Below are positions 8,467 through 17,855 of a DNA stretch of 64,000 nt, one piece after another. The DNA lies in the NCBI GenBank assembly GCA_002421905.1, contig DISK01000014.1, positions 37,628-101,627 of the forward strand. Reading direction: 5' to 3'. A program made the position numbers and the translations under genes. Under the pieces are notes generated by a model that did no database searches, was not told the origin of the DNA, and worked only from the letters and a program-made list of their open reading frames with translations. Every line of letters starts with the position of its first letter. Within the stretch, counting starts at the first letter, position 1. This DNA is from Micavibrio sp. UBA6212. GTDB taxonomy: Bacteria > Pseudomonadota > Alphaproteobacteria > Micavibrionales > Micavibrionaceae.

Positions 8467-9792
8467 ATGACGCCAAAAGCCCTGCGCACCCATCTTCAAA
8501 CGCTAAGCCTGCCGGAAGTCAACGGCACCATTTCTGTGCGTAAACATGGGTCCTTTTGGCGGAAATTCATCTCGTTTCTCGGCCCAGGCTATCTGGTCGC
8601 GGTCGGATATATGGACCCCGGAAACTGGGCCACTGCCTTGGCGGGCGGCTCTCAGTTCGGATATACCCTGCTCTCGATTTGCCTGATTTCCAACATCATG
8701 GCGATTATCCTGCAATCCTTATGTGCCAGACTGGGCATTGCCACGGGGCGCGATCTGGCGCAGGCCTGCCGCGACCATTACTCCAAACCCGTTTCGTTTA
8801 TACTGTGGGTTCTGGCAGAACTTGCCATTTGCGCGACCGACCTCGCCGAAGTCATCGGAACGGCCATTGGCCTTTATCTTCTTTTTCAGATTCCTATGGA
8901 ATGGGGAGTGTTGATTACCGGCCTCGATGTGTTTCTGGTGCTTGCTTTGCAACGTTTGGGGTTCCGATGGGTTGAAGCCTTCATCATCACCCTGCTGATC
9001 GTGATTTTCGGGTGCTTTGCCGTACAAGTCTGGCTGGCACAACCGGATGTCACAGGCATTCTGAACGGATTTATTCCCTCATCAGAAATCATATCCAACC
9101 CCGCCATGCTCTATATTGCCTTGGGAATCATCGGCGCAACGGTCATGCCACACAATTTATATCTGCACTCTTCCATCGTTCAAACCCGCGCCATTGAAAA
9201 AGATGATGAGAGTAAGAAATCGGCCATCCGCTATGCCTCAATGGATTCTACAATTGCCCTGATGTTGGCACTGACCGTAAATGCCTCAATCCTTATTCTG
9301 GCCGCAGCAACGTTTCACAGCACCGGACATGAAGGCATAGCAGAGCTTCAAGAAGCCCACAGCATGCTCATCCCCTTGCTTGGCACATCAATGGCTGCGA
9401 CCTTATTCGCCGTGGCACTGCTTTGTTGTGGTTTGAACTCGACCGTTACGGCCACCCTCTCGGGACAGATTGTCATGGAAGGCTTCATCAATATCCGCCT
9501 TGCTCCATGGCTGCGCCGGATTATCACGCGCGGCATTGCCATTGTTCCGGCAATGATCGTAACTATTCTCTATGGCCAAAGCGGCACAGCACAGCTTCTC
9601 ATTTTCTCTCAGGTTATCCTGAGCCTCCAACTGCCGTTCGCAGTCGTCCCGCTTGTTTTGTTCACAAGGGATAAGTTAAAAATGGGAAACTTAACAGCCC
9701 CGCTCTGGATGACAGCCTCCGCCGCGATTATCGCCGTGATCCTGATTACCCTGAACATCAAGATGATCTGGGATACTCTCACAGCACTCTAA
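8467..9792 (+). CDS. mntH: Nramp-family Mn2+/H+ symporter
   Basis: [28 protein letters not shown] and [13 protein letters not shown] signatures. Confidence 0.92.
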   Translation: MTPKALRTHLQTLSLPEVNGTISVRKHGSFWRKFISFLGPGYLVAVGYMDPGNWATALAGGSQFGYTLLSICLISNIMAIILQSLCARLGIATGRDLAQACRDHYSKPVSFILWVLAELAICATDLAEVIGTAIGLYLLFQIPMEWGVLITGLDVFLVLALQRLGFRWVEAFIITLLIVIFGCFAVQVWLAQPDVTGILNGFIPSSEIISNPAMLYIALGIIGATVMPHNLYLHSSIVQTRAIEKDDESKKSAIRYASMDSTIALMLALTVNASILILAAATFHSTGHEGIAELQEAHSMLIPLLGTSMAATLFAVALLCCGLNSTVTATLSGQIVMEGFINIRLAPWLRRIITRGIAIVPAMIVTILYGQSGTAQLLIFSQVILSLQLPFAVVPLVLFTRDKLKMGNLTAPLWMTASAAIIAVILITLNIKMIWDTLTAL

Positions 9793-9795
9793 CCT

Positions 9796-9891
9796 CTATT
9801 GCTGCGTCCACGCCTGATAATATGTATAAAACACCAGAGCGCCCATCACCAAAGACATAGGAAGGGAATAACGTAACCGAACACCAAACAT
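9796..9891 (-). CDS. Possible 31-aa hydrophobic small peptide (not in the ORF track)
   Basis: Own translation: MFGVRLRYSLPMSLVMGALVFYTYYQAWTQQ*. Strong SD (AGAGAGGA, 5 nt spacer). Lies directly downstream, on the minus strand, of the SOS-box region. Short enough to be a chance ORF. Confidence 0.3.
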   Translation of the reverse strand: MFGVRLRYSLPMSLVMGALVFYTYYQAWTQQ

Positions 9892-9908
9892 AAGATCCTC
9901 TCTTTCTT

Positions 9909-9953
9909 TTGACTTGCGAACAGATTATGTTCTATATTTGTTCTTATAGAACA
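9909..9953. promoter_or_regulatory. Alphaproteobacterial-type LexA (SOS) box GTTC-N7-GTTC inside back-to-back promoter-like sequences
   Basis: Sequence TTGACT (9909-9914), tgcGAACAgattaTGTTCtatatttGTTCttataGAACA. The direct repeat GTTCtatatttGTTC is at 9929-9943. Flanking inverted GAACA/TGTTC pairs. TATATT -10 at 9933-9938 (plus strand). CATAAT on the minus strand overlaps the box. Confidence 0.5.
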
Positions 9954-10003
9954 TAAGAGGAACAAATGCAAGCCCCCCTTCAAAAAAAAATCAAATCCTT
10001 AGA

Positions 10004-10235
10004 ACACCCCCATCCTGACCTTTCCCGAATCGCACTGGCGATTATATTTTTAACTACAGAGCCCGCAGAGAACGCAGAGTATCTATCAAATCACCCTCAC
10101 CTAAATCCTCTCCCCTCAAGGGAGAGGACTTATTTCCTTATTTATTCCCTCCCCCTTTAGGGGGGCCCAATCTCTTCTTCCCCTCCCCCTTGAGGGGGGA
10201 GGGTCAGGGTGGGGGTGTTTATAAATATGGGGGGG
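10004..10235. repeat. Composite G-rich hairpin repeat (REP/MITE-like), copy 1
   Basis: About 190 bp is nearly identical to 37730-37920. Contains hairpins TCCTCTCCCctcaaGGGAGAGGA and CCCTCCCCCttgaGGGGGGAGGG. Ends ACACCCCCATCCTGACC (10004-10020) and GGTCAGGGTGGGGGTGT (10202-10218) are inverted, matching 16 of 17. Confidence 0.85.
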
Positions 10236-10285
10236 CCAAGAATAGGCCTCACACAGAGTCCTCAGACAAGAATGTGATGCAGGTT

Positions 10286-12142
10286 TTATCCCCTCACCTG
10301 CGGCAGGGAGGAATCCATCACCAATCGCGGAGAATGGCTCATCAACTGAACAGACGACAAGGCATTTCCCAACCATGCAGGCAATGACGCTTCGGAACTG
10401 AGCAACTCGAACAAAACCGCCAATGGATTATCGGCAGACGGCAAATGTAGAATTGTCAACTCATGGCGGGATGCCAGACTATTAGTCTTGGCAATCAAAT
10501 CGAGAACATCATTCAATCCACCGATCTCGTCAACCAACCCTTTTTCTTTGGCTTCCCGACCTGTCCAGACATGCCCTTTGGCAATCGCCTCGACCTGCGC
10601 CGTGGTCAAGCTACGCCCCTTCGCTACGCGGAGAATAAAATGGTCATAGACATTATCCAAAGTCAGCTCAAACTGTTTTTGTTCTGACGCAGAAAATGGT
10701 GTATTCATCGACATCATACTGGAATTTTTGCCGTAACTAACGCGCTCCCAGTTTACATCATATTTTTCCCAGAGCTTTTGCAGATTGATCTTGCCACCAA
10801 CCACACCGATTGATCCGGTCAAAGTCGCATCCATTGCATAAATCTTTGTCGCCTCGGTTGAAATCCAGTACCCACCCGACGCGGCGACCGCCCCCATCGA
10901 CACATAAACCGGCTTTTTCTTGATAACCCTCGCCCAATGAACAGCGCGGGCAATGGTCTCGGAAGCACTGGGACTTCCCCCCGGACTATTCACGCGCAAC
11001 ACAATCGCCTTGATACGCTTATTGCGCGCGGCGTCCTTGATAGAATCGGCAATATCATCTGCCCCGACCATAGAATCTTCCATGCTATAAGGCGAACCGC
11101 CACCACCGCGTCCACTGACAATCATGCCCTCCACATGGATGATCGCAACACTGGCTTTCTTGCTTCCCATCAATCTGTCACGTTGCGCAACACGGGAATA
11201 TGTATCCACACTAACCGTGTCAATGTCTCCATATATGCTATCCAACTCGGCAAACAAAGAATCCTCATAATCCATTTTGTCGATCAAACCGGATTTCAAA
11301 GCTTCCTCATCGGTGAGCATTCCAAGATTCAACAGGTCATCAAAAGTTTTTGAAATTTGCGTGCGCTCGGTCTTGATCGGCTCGATCAACTGAGCCGCCA
11401 TGCTATCAATCAGACCTTGCGTTTCTTCACGCGAAGCCATACTCATTTTCGAAGATGTCAAATGCTCCATTGCATTTTTATATTCTTTGCGTTGAAAGAA
11501 CTGTGCCTCAACGCCATATTTTTCCATGACATCCTTGAAGAATGGCATATCGGCACTGATCCCGCCAATCGCCACAACGCCCACGGGCTGCATCCATATC
11601 TCGTCAAAAGCAGAAGCTAGATAATAAAGCCCCAACCCATAACCGGATCCACCATAAGACTCGGAATAGATATAAGTTTTCTTACCCGATTTTTTGAAAT
11701 TCAAAACAGCTTTGCGAATTTCCTGCAACTGGGAAATATCATATCCGGTGCTTGAAACATTCAACGCCAAAGCTTTCACGCGATCATCCTTGATGGCCTT
11801 TTCAATCGAGTCAATCAACATATTGAAGGTCAAAGGCTCATCACGGATATTGAGCAACGCCAGATATTGGGACATACCGCTTTCTTCCGGAATACGTCCA
11901 TCAAGACTCAAGGTCAAAATCATTTGATCGGGAAGAACCGGAACTGCTTTTTTTCCGGCATGCATCGCTGACCAGACACCGATGACCGCAGAAAACAAAA
12001 CCACTGCGCCAATCACCATGCAGGTACGTTTAAGAGCCGTCCATAAGATCCTCCCGATGCGAAATCGCTTGGGCTTTGAAGGCGCTCTAGGAACAGGATT
12101 ATAAACAACTGTACGGCCTTTCAGCCAGCTATGATCAGACAT
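10286..12142 (-). CDS. sppA: Signal peptide peptidase SppA, 67K type (two S49 domains)
   Basis: Duplicated ClpP/S49 fold motifs (ALNVSSTGYD..., VLRVNSPGGSPSASE..., SMGAVAASGGYWIS). Start set at the ATG preceded by GAGGGG. Confidence 0.88.
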   Translation of the reverse strand: MSDHSWLKGRTVVYNPVPRAPSKPKRFRIGRILWTALKRTCMVIGAVVLFSAVIGVWSAMHAGKKAVPVLPDQMILTLSLDGRIPEESGMSQYLALLNIRDEPLTFNMLIDSIEKAIKDDRVKALALNVSSTGYDISQLQEIRKAVLNFKKSGKKTYIYSESYGGSGYGLGLYYLASAFDEIWMQPVGVVAIGGISADMPFFKDVMEKYGVEAQFFQRKEYKNAMEHLTSSKMSMASREETQGLIDSMAAQLIEPIKTERTQISKTFDDLLNLGMLTDEEALKSGLIDKMDYEDSLFAELDSIYGDIDTVSVDTYSRVAQRDRLMGSKKASVAIIHVEGMIVSGRGGGGSPYSMEDSMVGADDIADSIKDAARNKRIKAIVLRVNSPGGSPSASETIARAVHWARVIKKKPVYVSMGAVAASGGYWISTEATKIYAMDATLTGSIGVVGGKINLQKLWEKYDVNWERVSYGKNSSMMSMNTPFSASEQKQFELTLDNVYDHFILRVAKGRSLTTAQVEAIAKGHVWTGREAKEKGLVDEIGGLNDVLDLIAKTNSLASRHELTILHLPSADNPLAVLFELLSSEASLPAWLGNALSSVQLMSHSPRLVMDSSLPQVRG

Positions 12143-12183
12143 AAAACCCCTCACTAAACACTATTCACTCATCACTCAAAACT

Positions 12184-13269
12184 CTACAGGCATTGCGCCT
12201 TGTGCCGCAACCAATGATCCGCCAAAACACAGGCCATCATCGCCTCGACCACCGGAACACCGCGAATCCCCACACACGGATCATGCCGTCCCTTGGTGAT
12301 AATATCGGTCTCCTGACCATATTTATCAATGGTCTGGGTTGGGATTAAAATCGAGCTGGTGGGCTTGAACGCCACACGGACATCAATATCCTGCCCGCTT
12401 GAAATACCACCCAATATGCCGCCCGCATGATTGGACTGGAAAACGGGCTGGCCTTCCCCATCACTACGAATCTGGTCGGCATTTTGTTCACCGCCCCATT
12501 CCACTGTTGAAAATCCGTCACCAACTTCCACACCTTTCACGGCATTGATCGACATCATGGCCTTGGCCAGATCGGCATCCAGCTTATCATAGACAGGCGC
12601 GCCCAACCCCGCAGGGATACCAGACGCAACACATTCAACCACAGCCCCGATGCTTGATCCGGATTTCCTGACCTCGGCCAGATATTCTTCCCATTGGGTG
12701 ATAACGCCTTTGTCTGGACAAAAGAAATCATTCTTATAAACTTCTTCCCAATTCCACTGATCGCGGTTGATATGTCGCCCGCCAATTTGTGTCACTGCGG
12801 CGCGGATAGAAACCTCATCTCCCAATTCGGCGGCCAATATTTTTCTCGCAACAGCGCCGGCAGCAACACGGCACGCGGTCTCGCGCGCAGACGACCTGCC
12901 TCCTCCGCGATAATCGCGAATGCCATACTTGGCCTGATAGGTGAAATCGGCATGACCGGGACGAAATTTGTCTTTGATCTCGGAATAATCTTTCGATTTC
13001 TGATCGGTATTTTCAATCATCAGGGAAATCGGCGTGCCCGTTGTCACACCGTCAAAAACACCGGATAAAATTTTAACCAGATCGGCTTCCTGACGCTGCG
13101 TGGTGAATTTCGATTGCCCCGGTTTGCGCTGATCCAGAAAAACTTGAATATCTTCTTCCTTCAAAGGAATATTCGGCGGCACGCCATCGACCACAACACC
13201 AATCGCGAGGCCATGGCTTTCACCCCATGTTTGATATTGGAACAAAGTACCAAATCTATTTCCTGACAT
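12184..13269 (-). CDS. aroC: Chorismate synthase
   Basis: [20 protein letters not shown]...GRSSARETA...RHDPCV signatures. Confidence 0.95.
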   Translation of the reverse strand: MSGNRFGTLFQYQTWGESHGLAIGVVVDGVPPNIPLKEEDIQVFLDQRKPGQSKFTTQRQEADLVKILSGVFDGVTTGTPISLMIENTDQKSKDYSEIKDKFRPGHADFTYQAKYGIRDYRGGGRSSARETACRVAAGAVARKILAAELGDEVSIRAAVTQIGGRHINRDQWNWEEVYKNDFFCPDKGVITQWEEYLAEVRKSGSSIGAVVECVASGIPAGLGAPVYDKLDADLAKAMMSINAVKGVEVGDGFSTVEWGGEQNADQIRSDGEGQPVFQSNHAGGILGGISSGQDIDVRVAFKPTSSILIPTQTIDKYGQETDIITKGRHDPCVGIRGVPVVEAMMACVLADHWLRHKAQCL

Positions 13270-13323
13270 GAACTAAACCTCGTTTTATTTTAAGACACCA
13301 AGTTTTTATTTTTATCATCATCT

Positions 13324-13350
13324 TCTTGGTGTCTTCGTGCCTTGGTGGTT
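13324..13350. repeat. Short dispersed repeat tcttggtgtcttcgtgYcttggtggtt (second copy at 22135-22161)
   Basis: 27 bp, 26 of 27 identical between the two intergenic sites. Confidence 0.8.
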
Positions 13351-13361
13351 AATCTCTTTTT

Positions 13362-13820
13362 CTACTGCAAATGAATATGATGTTTTTGGGTTGAAAGTGT
13401 GCCTTGGTCGATGATGGCAACTGTCAATCGTGAGATGGCAACACGCTTGCCGGTTGCCTCTTCGGTCATATCGGTTTGCCACACTTGCGTCCGCCGTCCA
13501 ATATGCAACGGCGAACAAACGCCAATAACAAAACCTTCTGTCACGGCGCGAATATGATTGCAATTTATCTCAAGACCGACTGCACGATACTGATCGGGAT
13601 CAATCGTCATCCATGATGCAACACTTCCCAGCGTCTCGGATAAAACACAAGACGCTCCGCCATGCAGAATGCCGAATGGCTGGGTGGTGCGATGATCGAC
13701 AGGGATTTTTCCGGCAAGGGAATTTTCACCAATTTCGGTAAATTCAAACCCGATATGCGTACCCATATTTGCGTTACGCAAACCTTCGAGCATCTCAAGC
13801 GTATAGGGTTTGAACCACAT
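13362..13820 (-). CDS. PaaI/YbdB-family hotdog-fold acyl-CoA thioesterase
   Basis: QPFGILHGGASCVLSETLGS...VGLEINCNHIRAV..G.V motif typical of this family. Confidence 0.75.
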   Translation of the reverse strand: MWFKPYTLEMLEGLRNANMGTHIGFEFTEIGENSLAGKIPVDHRTTQPFGILHGGASCVLSETLGSVASWMTIDPDQYRAVGLEINCNHIRAVTEGFVIGVCSPLHIGRRTQVWQTDMTEEATGKRVAISRLTVAIIDQGTLSTQKHHIHLQ

Positions 13821-13825
13821 TCGTC

Positions 13826-14677
13826 TTAGGCTGCCTCTTCGGAATTTTTCGGAGCAATGCTTTCCAAAAGCTGTGCAGTTTCCGCAGCAGAGTCAATCGA
13901 CACCATCCCAACGGTATGATAACCGGCATCCACATGCAGAACTTCGCCGGTGACACCTGCACCCAGATCAGAGAGCAGATACAAACCGGAATTTCCGACA
14001 TCTTCAATGGTGACGTTGCGTTTCAATGGAGAGTTCAACTCGTTCCATTTCAGGATATAACGGAAATCACCAATACCAGAAGCCGCCAGTGTTTTAATTG
14101 GGCCGGCAGAGATGGCATTAACGCGAATATTGTCTTTACCCAGATCGGTTGCAAGGTAACGCACAGAAGCTTCCAAGGCGGCCTTGGCAACACCCATCAC
14201 ATTATAATGCGGCATCACGCGCTCTGCTCCGTAATAGGTCAAAGTCAACAAAGACCCGCCCTCTTTCATCAAAGGCACAGCCCGTTTACAAACTGCCGTG
14301 AATGAATAAACGGAAATATCCATGGTCTTCAGGAAGTTGGCGCGGGTGGTATCCAGATACAGCCCGTCCAGTTCGGCCTTATCGGAAAAGGCAATCGCAT
14401 GAACAACAAAATCCAGCTTGCCCCATTTGTCTTCAATCGCTTTGAATGTGGAATCAATACTGGATTCATCTGTGACATCACAAGGAACCACGATAGTGGA
14501 ACCGACTTCATCAGCCAAAGGGCGCACACGTTTTTCCAGTGCCTCTCCCTGATACGTAAAAGCGAGCTCGGCTCCTTGAGCATGCAAAGCCTTGGCAATT
14601 CCCCAAGCGATCGACCGGTCGTTGGCGACCCCCATAATCAGGCCTTTTTTACCAGTCATTAACGAAGAAAACGTCAT
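13826..14677 (-). CDS. fabI: Enoyl-[acyl-carrier-protein] reductase (NADH)
   Basis: [23 protein letters not shown]...; Y-x6-K region ([19 protein letters not shown]). Confidence 0.92.
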   Translation of the reverse strand: MTFSSLMTGKKGLIMGVANDRSIAWGIAKALHAQGAELAFTYQGEALEKRVRPLADEVGSTIVVPCDVTDESSIDSTFKAIEDKWGKLDFVVHAIAFSDKAELDGLYLDTTRANFLKTMDISVYSFTAVCKRAVPLMKEGGSLLTLTYYGAERVMPHYNVMGVAKAALEASVRYLATDLGKDNIRVNAISAGPIKTLAASGIGDFRYILKWNELNSPLKRNVTIEDVGNSGLYLLSDLGAGVTGEVLHVDAGYHTVGMVSIDSAAETAQLLESIAPKNSEEAA

Positions 14678-14846
14678 GTAATACCCTTTTTTTATTTTAC
14701 TTTAATAATATGTGTCCAGAACGCTGACATCCTACATATTTATAAGCAAACGTCCAGAAAGAATACACACTATTACATATTCCCTTAACTTTTAACTGCT
14801 AGGATGAGGCAAGTCTAAAGATTAGCGCTTCAGGCATTATGGAATT

Positions 14847-16433
14847 ATGACAGATATCAAACTTGATAAAACGCAGAAATTTTGCGACCGCTATTCGGAA
14901 GAACTGAATCGTATTTTCCCGAATACGACGTTGCACTATATTTTGCACTACCGGGGACAAAAGCCCGAGCAAATCGCAAAACTTTTGCCGAATCTCCACA
15001 ACCACCCTGCTTATGACGAAGCCGTCTCGTTGCTCAAATTCAGATCCCCCGGGCATGATAACTCCGCGTTTCTGGGAATGGTGATCGGATTCAAGAAATC
15101 AATGCTGGGTCTGAAAAAGTCACCCGAATGTCTGGCCTTCGTTTCAATCAATCTCAACCAGCATGACAAGGAAGAAGATCTTCATTTTGCCATTCATGCG
15201 CTGACTGCCCATTTTCTTGAAACGGTGGACTTTTATACGCGCAAACATGCCGGCACTCAAAGCAATCAAATTCTGCAACCAAAAAGAAACAACATCTCGA
15301 CCTGTCGGCTAAATCTGAAATCCGACGTCTATAGCGTCTTGCAAATGACCTATGAAGGATACGACAACGCGGTTGAAAATCTGGCGCGTAAAAGAGCCCA
15401 CAATGCCGTCACACCGCAAACTGGTCATCCTGAAGAATTCCCCTACCCGATTTCTCTTGATGTAACGAAATTTGCTATTGATAAATTTATCTCGGCCCCG
15501 AAAAAATCTGCGATCAACAGCGCCTATACTCTGGCGCGTCATGTCGCGGCCAGCTTTGACCTTGAAAATATCGAAACATGGATCAACTTTGTAAACCCTG
15601 CACAAACCATGGCGTGGAGTGGCTACAAACCCAGCCAGATTTTAAGTGCGGCGCTCAATACATCGAGCAATCCATTTCTGAAATCAACGGCGCATATGAT
15701 GGGTGAAATTCTTGATATTGAACCAGCCCCACCAGAAAGCCTGCCAACGGGATATAATCCCTTCGCCTTGCCGGAGGTTAATTACATCCAGCACGAACGC
15801 TCGGTCGAAGAAACATTTGAAATGGTTTTGATCCACGCGATGGAGGCAGACAGCCACCTGCCCTTGATCCATGTGGCAAATAACCAGAATGAAGGCTTGC
15901 TCAAAGGACGTTTTTCCGGTTGGTGTGCCCACGCTTTGCAATCTGCTGCCACGGCCTACACGACAGCCTCGGTGCGTGGTATGCCAAGCGGACAGGCCGC
16001 TCGCCTTGAATTCCAAAGTGCGAAACAACAAACAGGCTGGAAAGAACTCAACCACATCGGAAGTTTTGTCACAGACTCTCATAAAAATGGTAAGGCCGTG
16101 ACCTTGTCCGGCATTTCCGAATGGTGTGAACATAATCCACAATACAAAGCCATTCTGGAATCAATCAATATGACTCTGGCTGATCCGGCCTTCGCCAGAA
16201 AGCTGGAAGCCTCGGCGGAAATGCCATCCCCTGGCCCTTTGCCGAAAGCCGCACCACAACGCGCGCGGGCTCACAATTTTGTACCACAAATGGCACCCGC
16301 AGCCGCACCGGGCCTTGCATTGGGTGGTGGCGGCATGGGGGGAGGAAACTTCATGTCCAACCCTCCATCCCGACAAAAACCAGCCCCGTCCGATCTTCTG
16401 GATTTCAACGTCGAAGACGAAACCAAAAACTAG
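14847..16433 (+). CDS. Hypothetical protein (528 aa) with Pro/Gly/Met-rich C-terminal region and acidic tail
   Basis: Long uninterrupted ORF with coding-like composition and no motif I recognise. C-terminus ...APAAAPGLALGGGGMGGGNFMSNPPSRQKPAPSDLLDFNVEDETKN. Confidence 0.6.
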   Translation: MTDIKLDKTQKFCDRYSEELNRIFPNTTLHYILHYRGQKPEQIAKLLPNLHNHPAYDEAVSLLKFRSPGHDNSAFLGMVIGFKKSMLGLKKSPECLAFVSINLNQHDKEEDLHFAIHALTAHFLETVDFYTRKHAGTQSNQILQPKRNNISTCRLNLKSDVYSVLQMTYEGYDNAVENLARKRAHNAVTPQTGHPEEFPYPISLDVTKFAIDKFISAPKKSAINSAYTLARHVAASFDLENIETWINFVNPAQTMAWSGYKPSQILSAALNTSSNPFLKSTAHMMGEILDIEPAPPESLPTGYNPFALPEVNYIQHERSVEETFEMVLIHAMEADSHLPLIHVANNQNEGLLKGRFSGWCAHALQSAATAYTTASVRGMPSGQAARLEFQSAKQQTGWKELNHIGSFVTDSHKNGKAVTLSGISEWCEHNPQYKAILESINMTLADPAFARKLEASAEMPSPGPLPKAAPQRARAHNFVPQMAPAAAPGLALGGGGMGGGNFMSNPPSRQKPAPSDLLDFNVEDETKN

Positions 16434-16440
16434 ATCACAA

Positions 16441-16476
16441 AAAAAAAAGCCGCCTCTCTCGAGACGGCTTTTCAAA
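16441..16476. terminator. Possible bidirectional terminator between convergent genes
   Basis: A8, then GCCGcctctctcgagaCGGC, then TTTT. The stem is imperfect. Confidence 0.45.
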
Positions 16477-16492
16477 TTCATAGTGGTGAAAT

Positions 16493-16966
16493 CTAGTTCA
16501 CGATCTGCCATGTTCCATCAGGATTTTGACAGGCTGAGCCATAACCAGTTTGTTGCTTGCCATCCACATAAATGGTCTGGCTGTATTCACGGCAATAACT
16601 TCCAGTCGTGTTGCTATACCCTTCTTTGGTCGGGGTGACTGTACCAGAATGACCTGAATCAGGGTTGTTCCAACTAATATTTTCACCGATAGGCGCTGCA
16701 TAAGCTTTCTGTTGGGCTTGATTTGCATACATCAAGTCCGCTCTGTCGAGTGATTTACCCAACTCGCTACCGACCAATGTTCCAAGCAAAGCACCAATAC
16801 CGACGCCAACCAATTGTCCGGTCCCTTTACCGAACTGTGCGCCGGCGACACCGCCAAGAACGGCACCCGCGGCAGAACCTACCATCTGTTTATTCCCCAT
16901 ATCTTGTGTACATGCGGCCATGGACATGGAGACCATTGCCAACAATGCCAAAAATTTCATTTTCAT
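16493..16966 (-). CDS. Outer-membrane lipoprotein, glycine-zipper / 17-kDa surface-antigen family
   Basis: Lipobox MSMAAC. Glycine zipper GAVLGGVAGAQFGKGTGQLVGVGIGALLGTLVG. C-terminal motifs W..P.SG..G.V.P and YCREY typical of COG4520 surface antigens. Confidence 0.75.
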   Translation of the reverse strand: MKMKFLALLAMVSMSMAACTQDMGNKQMVGSAAGAVLGGVAGAQFGKGTGQLVGVGIGALLGTLVGSELGKSLDRADLMYANQAQQKAYAAPIGENISWNNPDSGHSGTVTPTKEGYSNTTGSYCREYSQTIYVDGKQQTGYGSACQNPDGTWQIVN

Positions 16967-17093
16967 CTTCCGGTTCCTTTCGGTAAATAATACTTGCCCT
17001 TAATGGGCGACTTAACTGTATAACGAAACTATATATAGGTTTCCCCCACTAGAAAACATTAAGTATTTCAAAAAATTTTTTAAGAGAATAAAT

Positions 17094-17681
17094 ATGTCAA
17101 TAGAAAACACCCCGACCCCGATCCAATTATTCCATCAATGGTTTGAGGACGCCAGCCAAAGCGAAGCAACCGATCCGGATGCTGCCTGCCTTGCAACCGT
17201 TGACAAAGACGGCCTGCCGAACGCGCGGGTTATTCTGGTCAGAAAGATTGATGAAAACGGATTCTGCTTCTTTACCAACTGCGAAAGCGCCAAAGGGCAA
17301 GAACTGATTTCTGTACCCAAGGCCGCCCTAAATTTCCATTGGAAAAGCAGCAAACGTCAGGTACGGGTTCGCGGGACAATTACCCCTGTGTCTCGGGAAG
17401 AGGCCGATGAATACTATCAAAGCCGCCCGCTGGGCAATCGCATTGGCGCATGGGCATCGTTGCAATCCCGCCCGCTCGACGCCCGGGAAACCCTGATTAA
17501 ACGTGTCGAAGAATTCGAAGGTAAATTCGGCGAACATCCGCCCCGCCCTGACCATTGGGGTGGGTTCCGGTTAACGCCCGTTTCGATCGAATTCTGGCAG
17601 GAAGGCGAGTTTCGCCTGCATAACCGCCTCCTCTTTGTAAAAGATGGGGACGGCTGGCAACAGACGACACTTTACCCATAA
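17094..17681 (+). CDS. pdxH: Pyridoxamine 5'-phosphate oxidase
   Basis: LATVDKDGLPNARVILVRKIDENGFCFFTN..S.KG..L and IEFWQEGEFRLHNRLLF motifs. Confidence 0.93.
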   Translation: MSIENTPTPIQLFHQWFEDASQSEATDPDAACLATVDKDGLPNARVILVRKIDENGFCFFTNCESAKGQELISVPKAALNFHWKSSKRQVRVRGTITPVSREEADEYYQSRPLGNRIGAWASLQSRPLDARETLIKRVEEFEGKFGEHPPRPDHWGGFRLTPVSIEFWQEGEFRLHNRLLFVKDGDGWQQTTLYP

Positions 17682-17754
17682 ATTAGATTTTTAATGATTT
17701 TTACTTGACAAAATCATATGAAAAAGGCGAAGCTACCCTCCATAGAAGCGGGAT

Positions 17755-17783
17755 TTGAGGGGTAGCTTGCACCGCTTTATAAT
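17755..17783 (+). promoter_or_regulatory. Sigma70-like promoter candidate (TTGAGG-17-TATAAT) for the MetA-like gene
   Basis: Hexamers at 17755-17760 and 17778-17783. Confidence 0.3.
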
Positions 17784-17855
17784 AAATTGCTAAAGCACTA
17801 TGGCTCATTTCCATACACCCCACCAATAAAAACACAAATTTTTGTGAGGGTGAGC

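Noticed and set aside
9966-10160. 64-aa ORF with a good promoter, RBS and ATG.
   Set aside because: From codon 13 onward it is encoded by the dispersed repeat that recurs at 37730-37920 in a non-coding context, so a functional protein is unlikely. The expression signals are kept as part of the SOS-box finding.
17730-17796. Possible SAM-II (metA-type) riboswitch upstream of the MetA-like gene. Hairpins at 17730-17768 and GCTTTA...TAAAGC, plus a UUGCUAAAGC string.
   Set aside because: I could not reconstruct the SAM-II pseudoknot consensus. The large hairpin lies upstream of the best promoter candidate and is more simply the pdxH terminator. A covariance-model scan (Rfam RF00521) would settle it.
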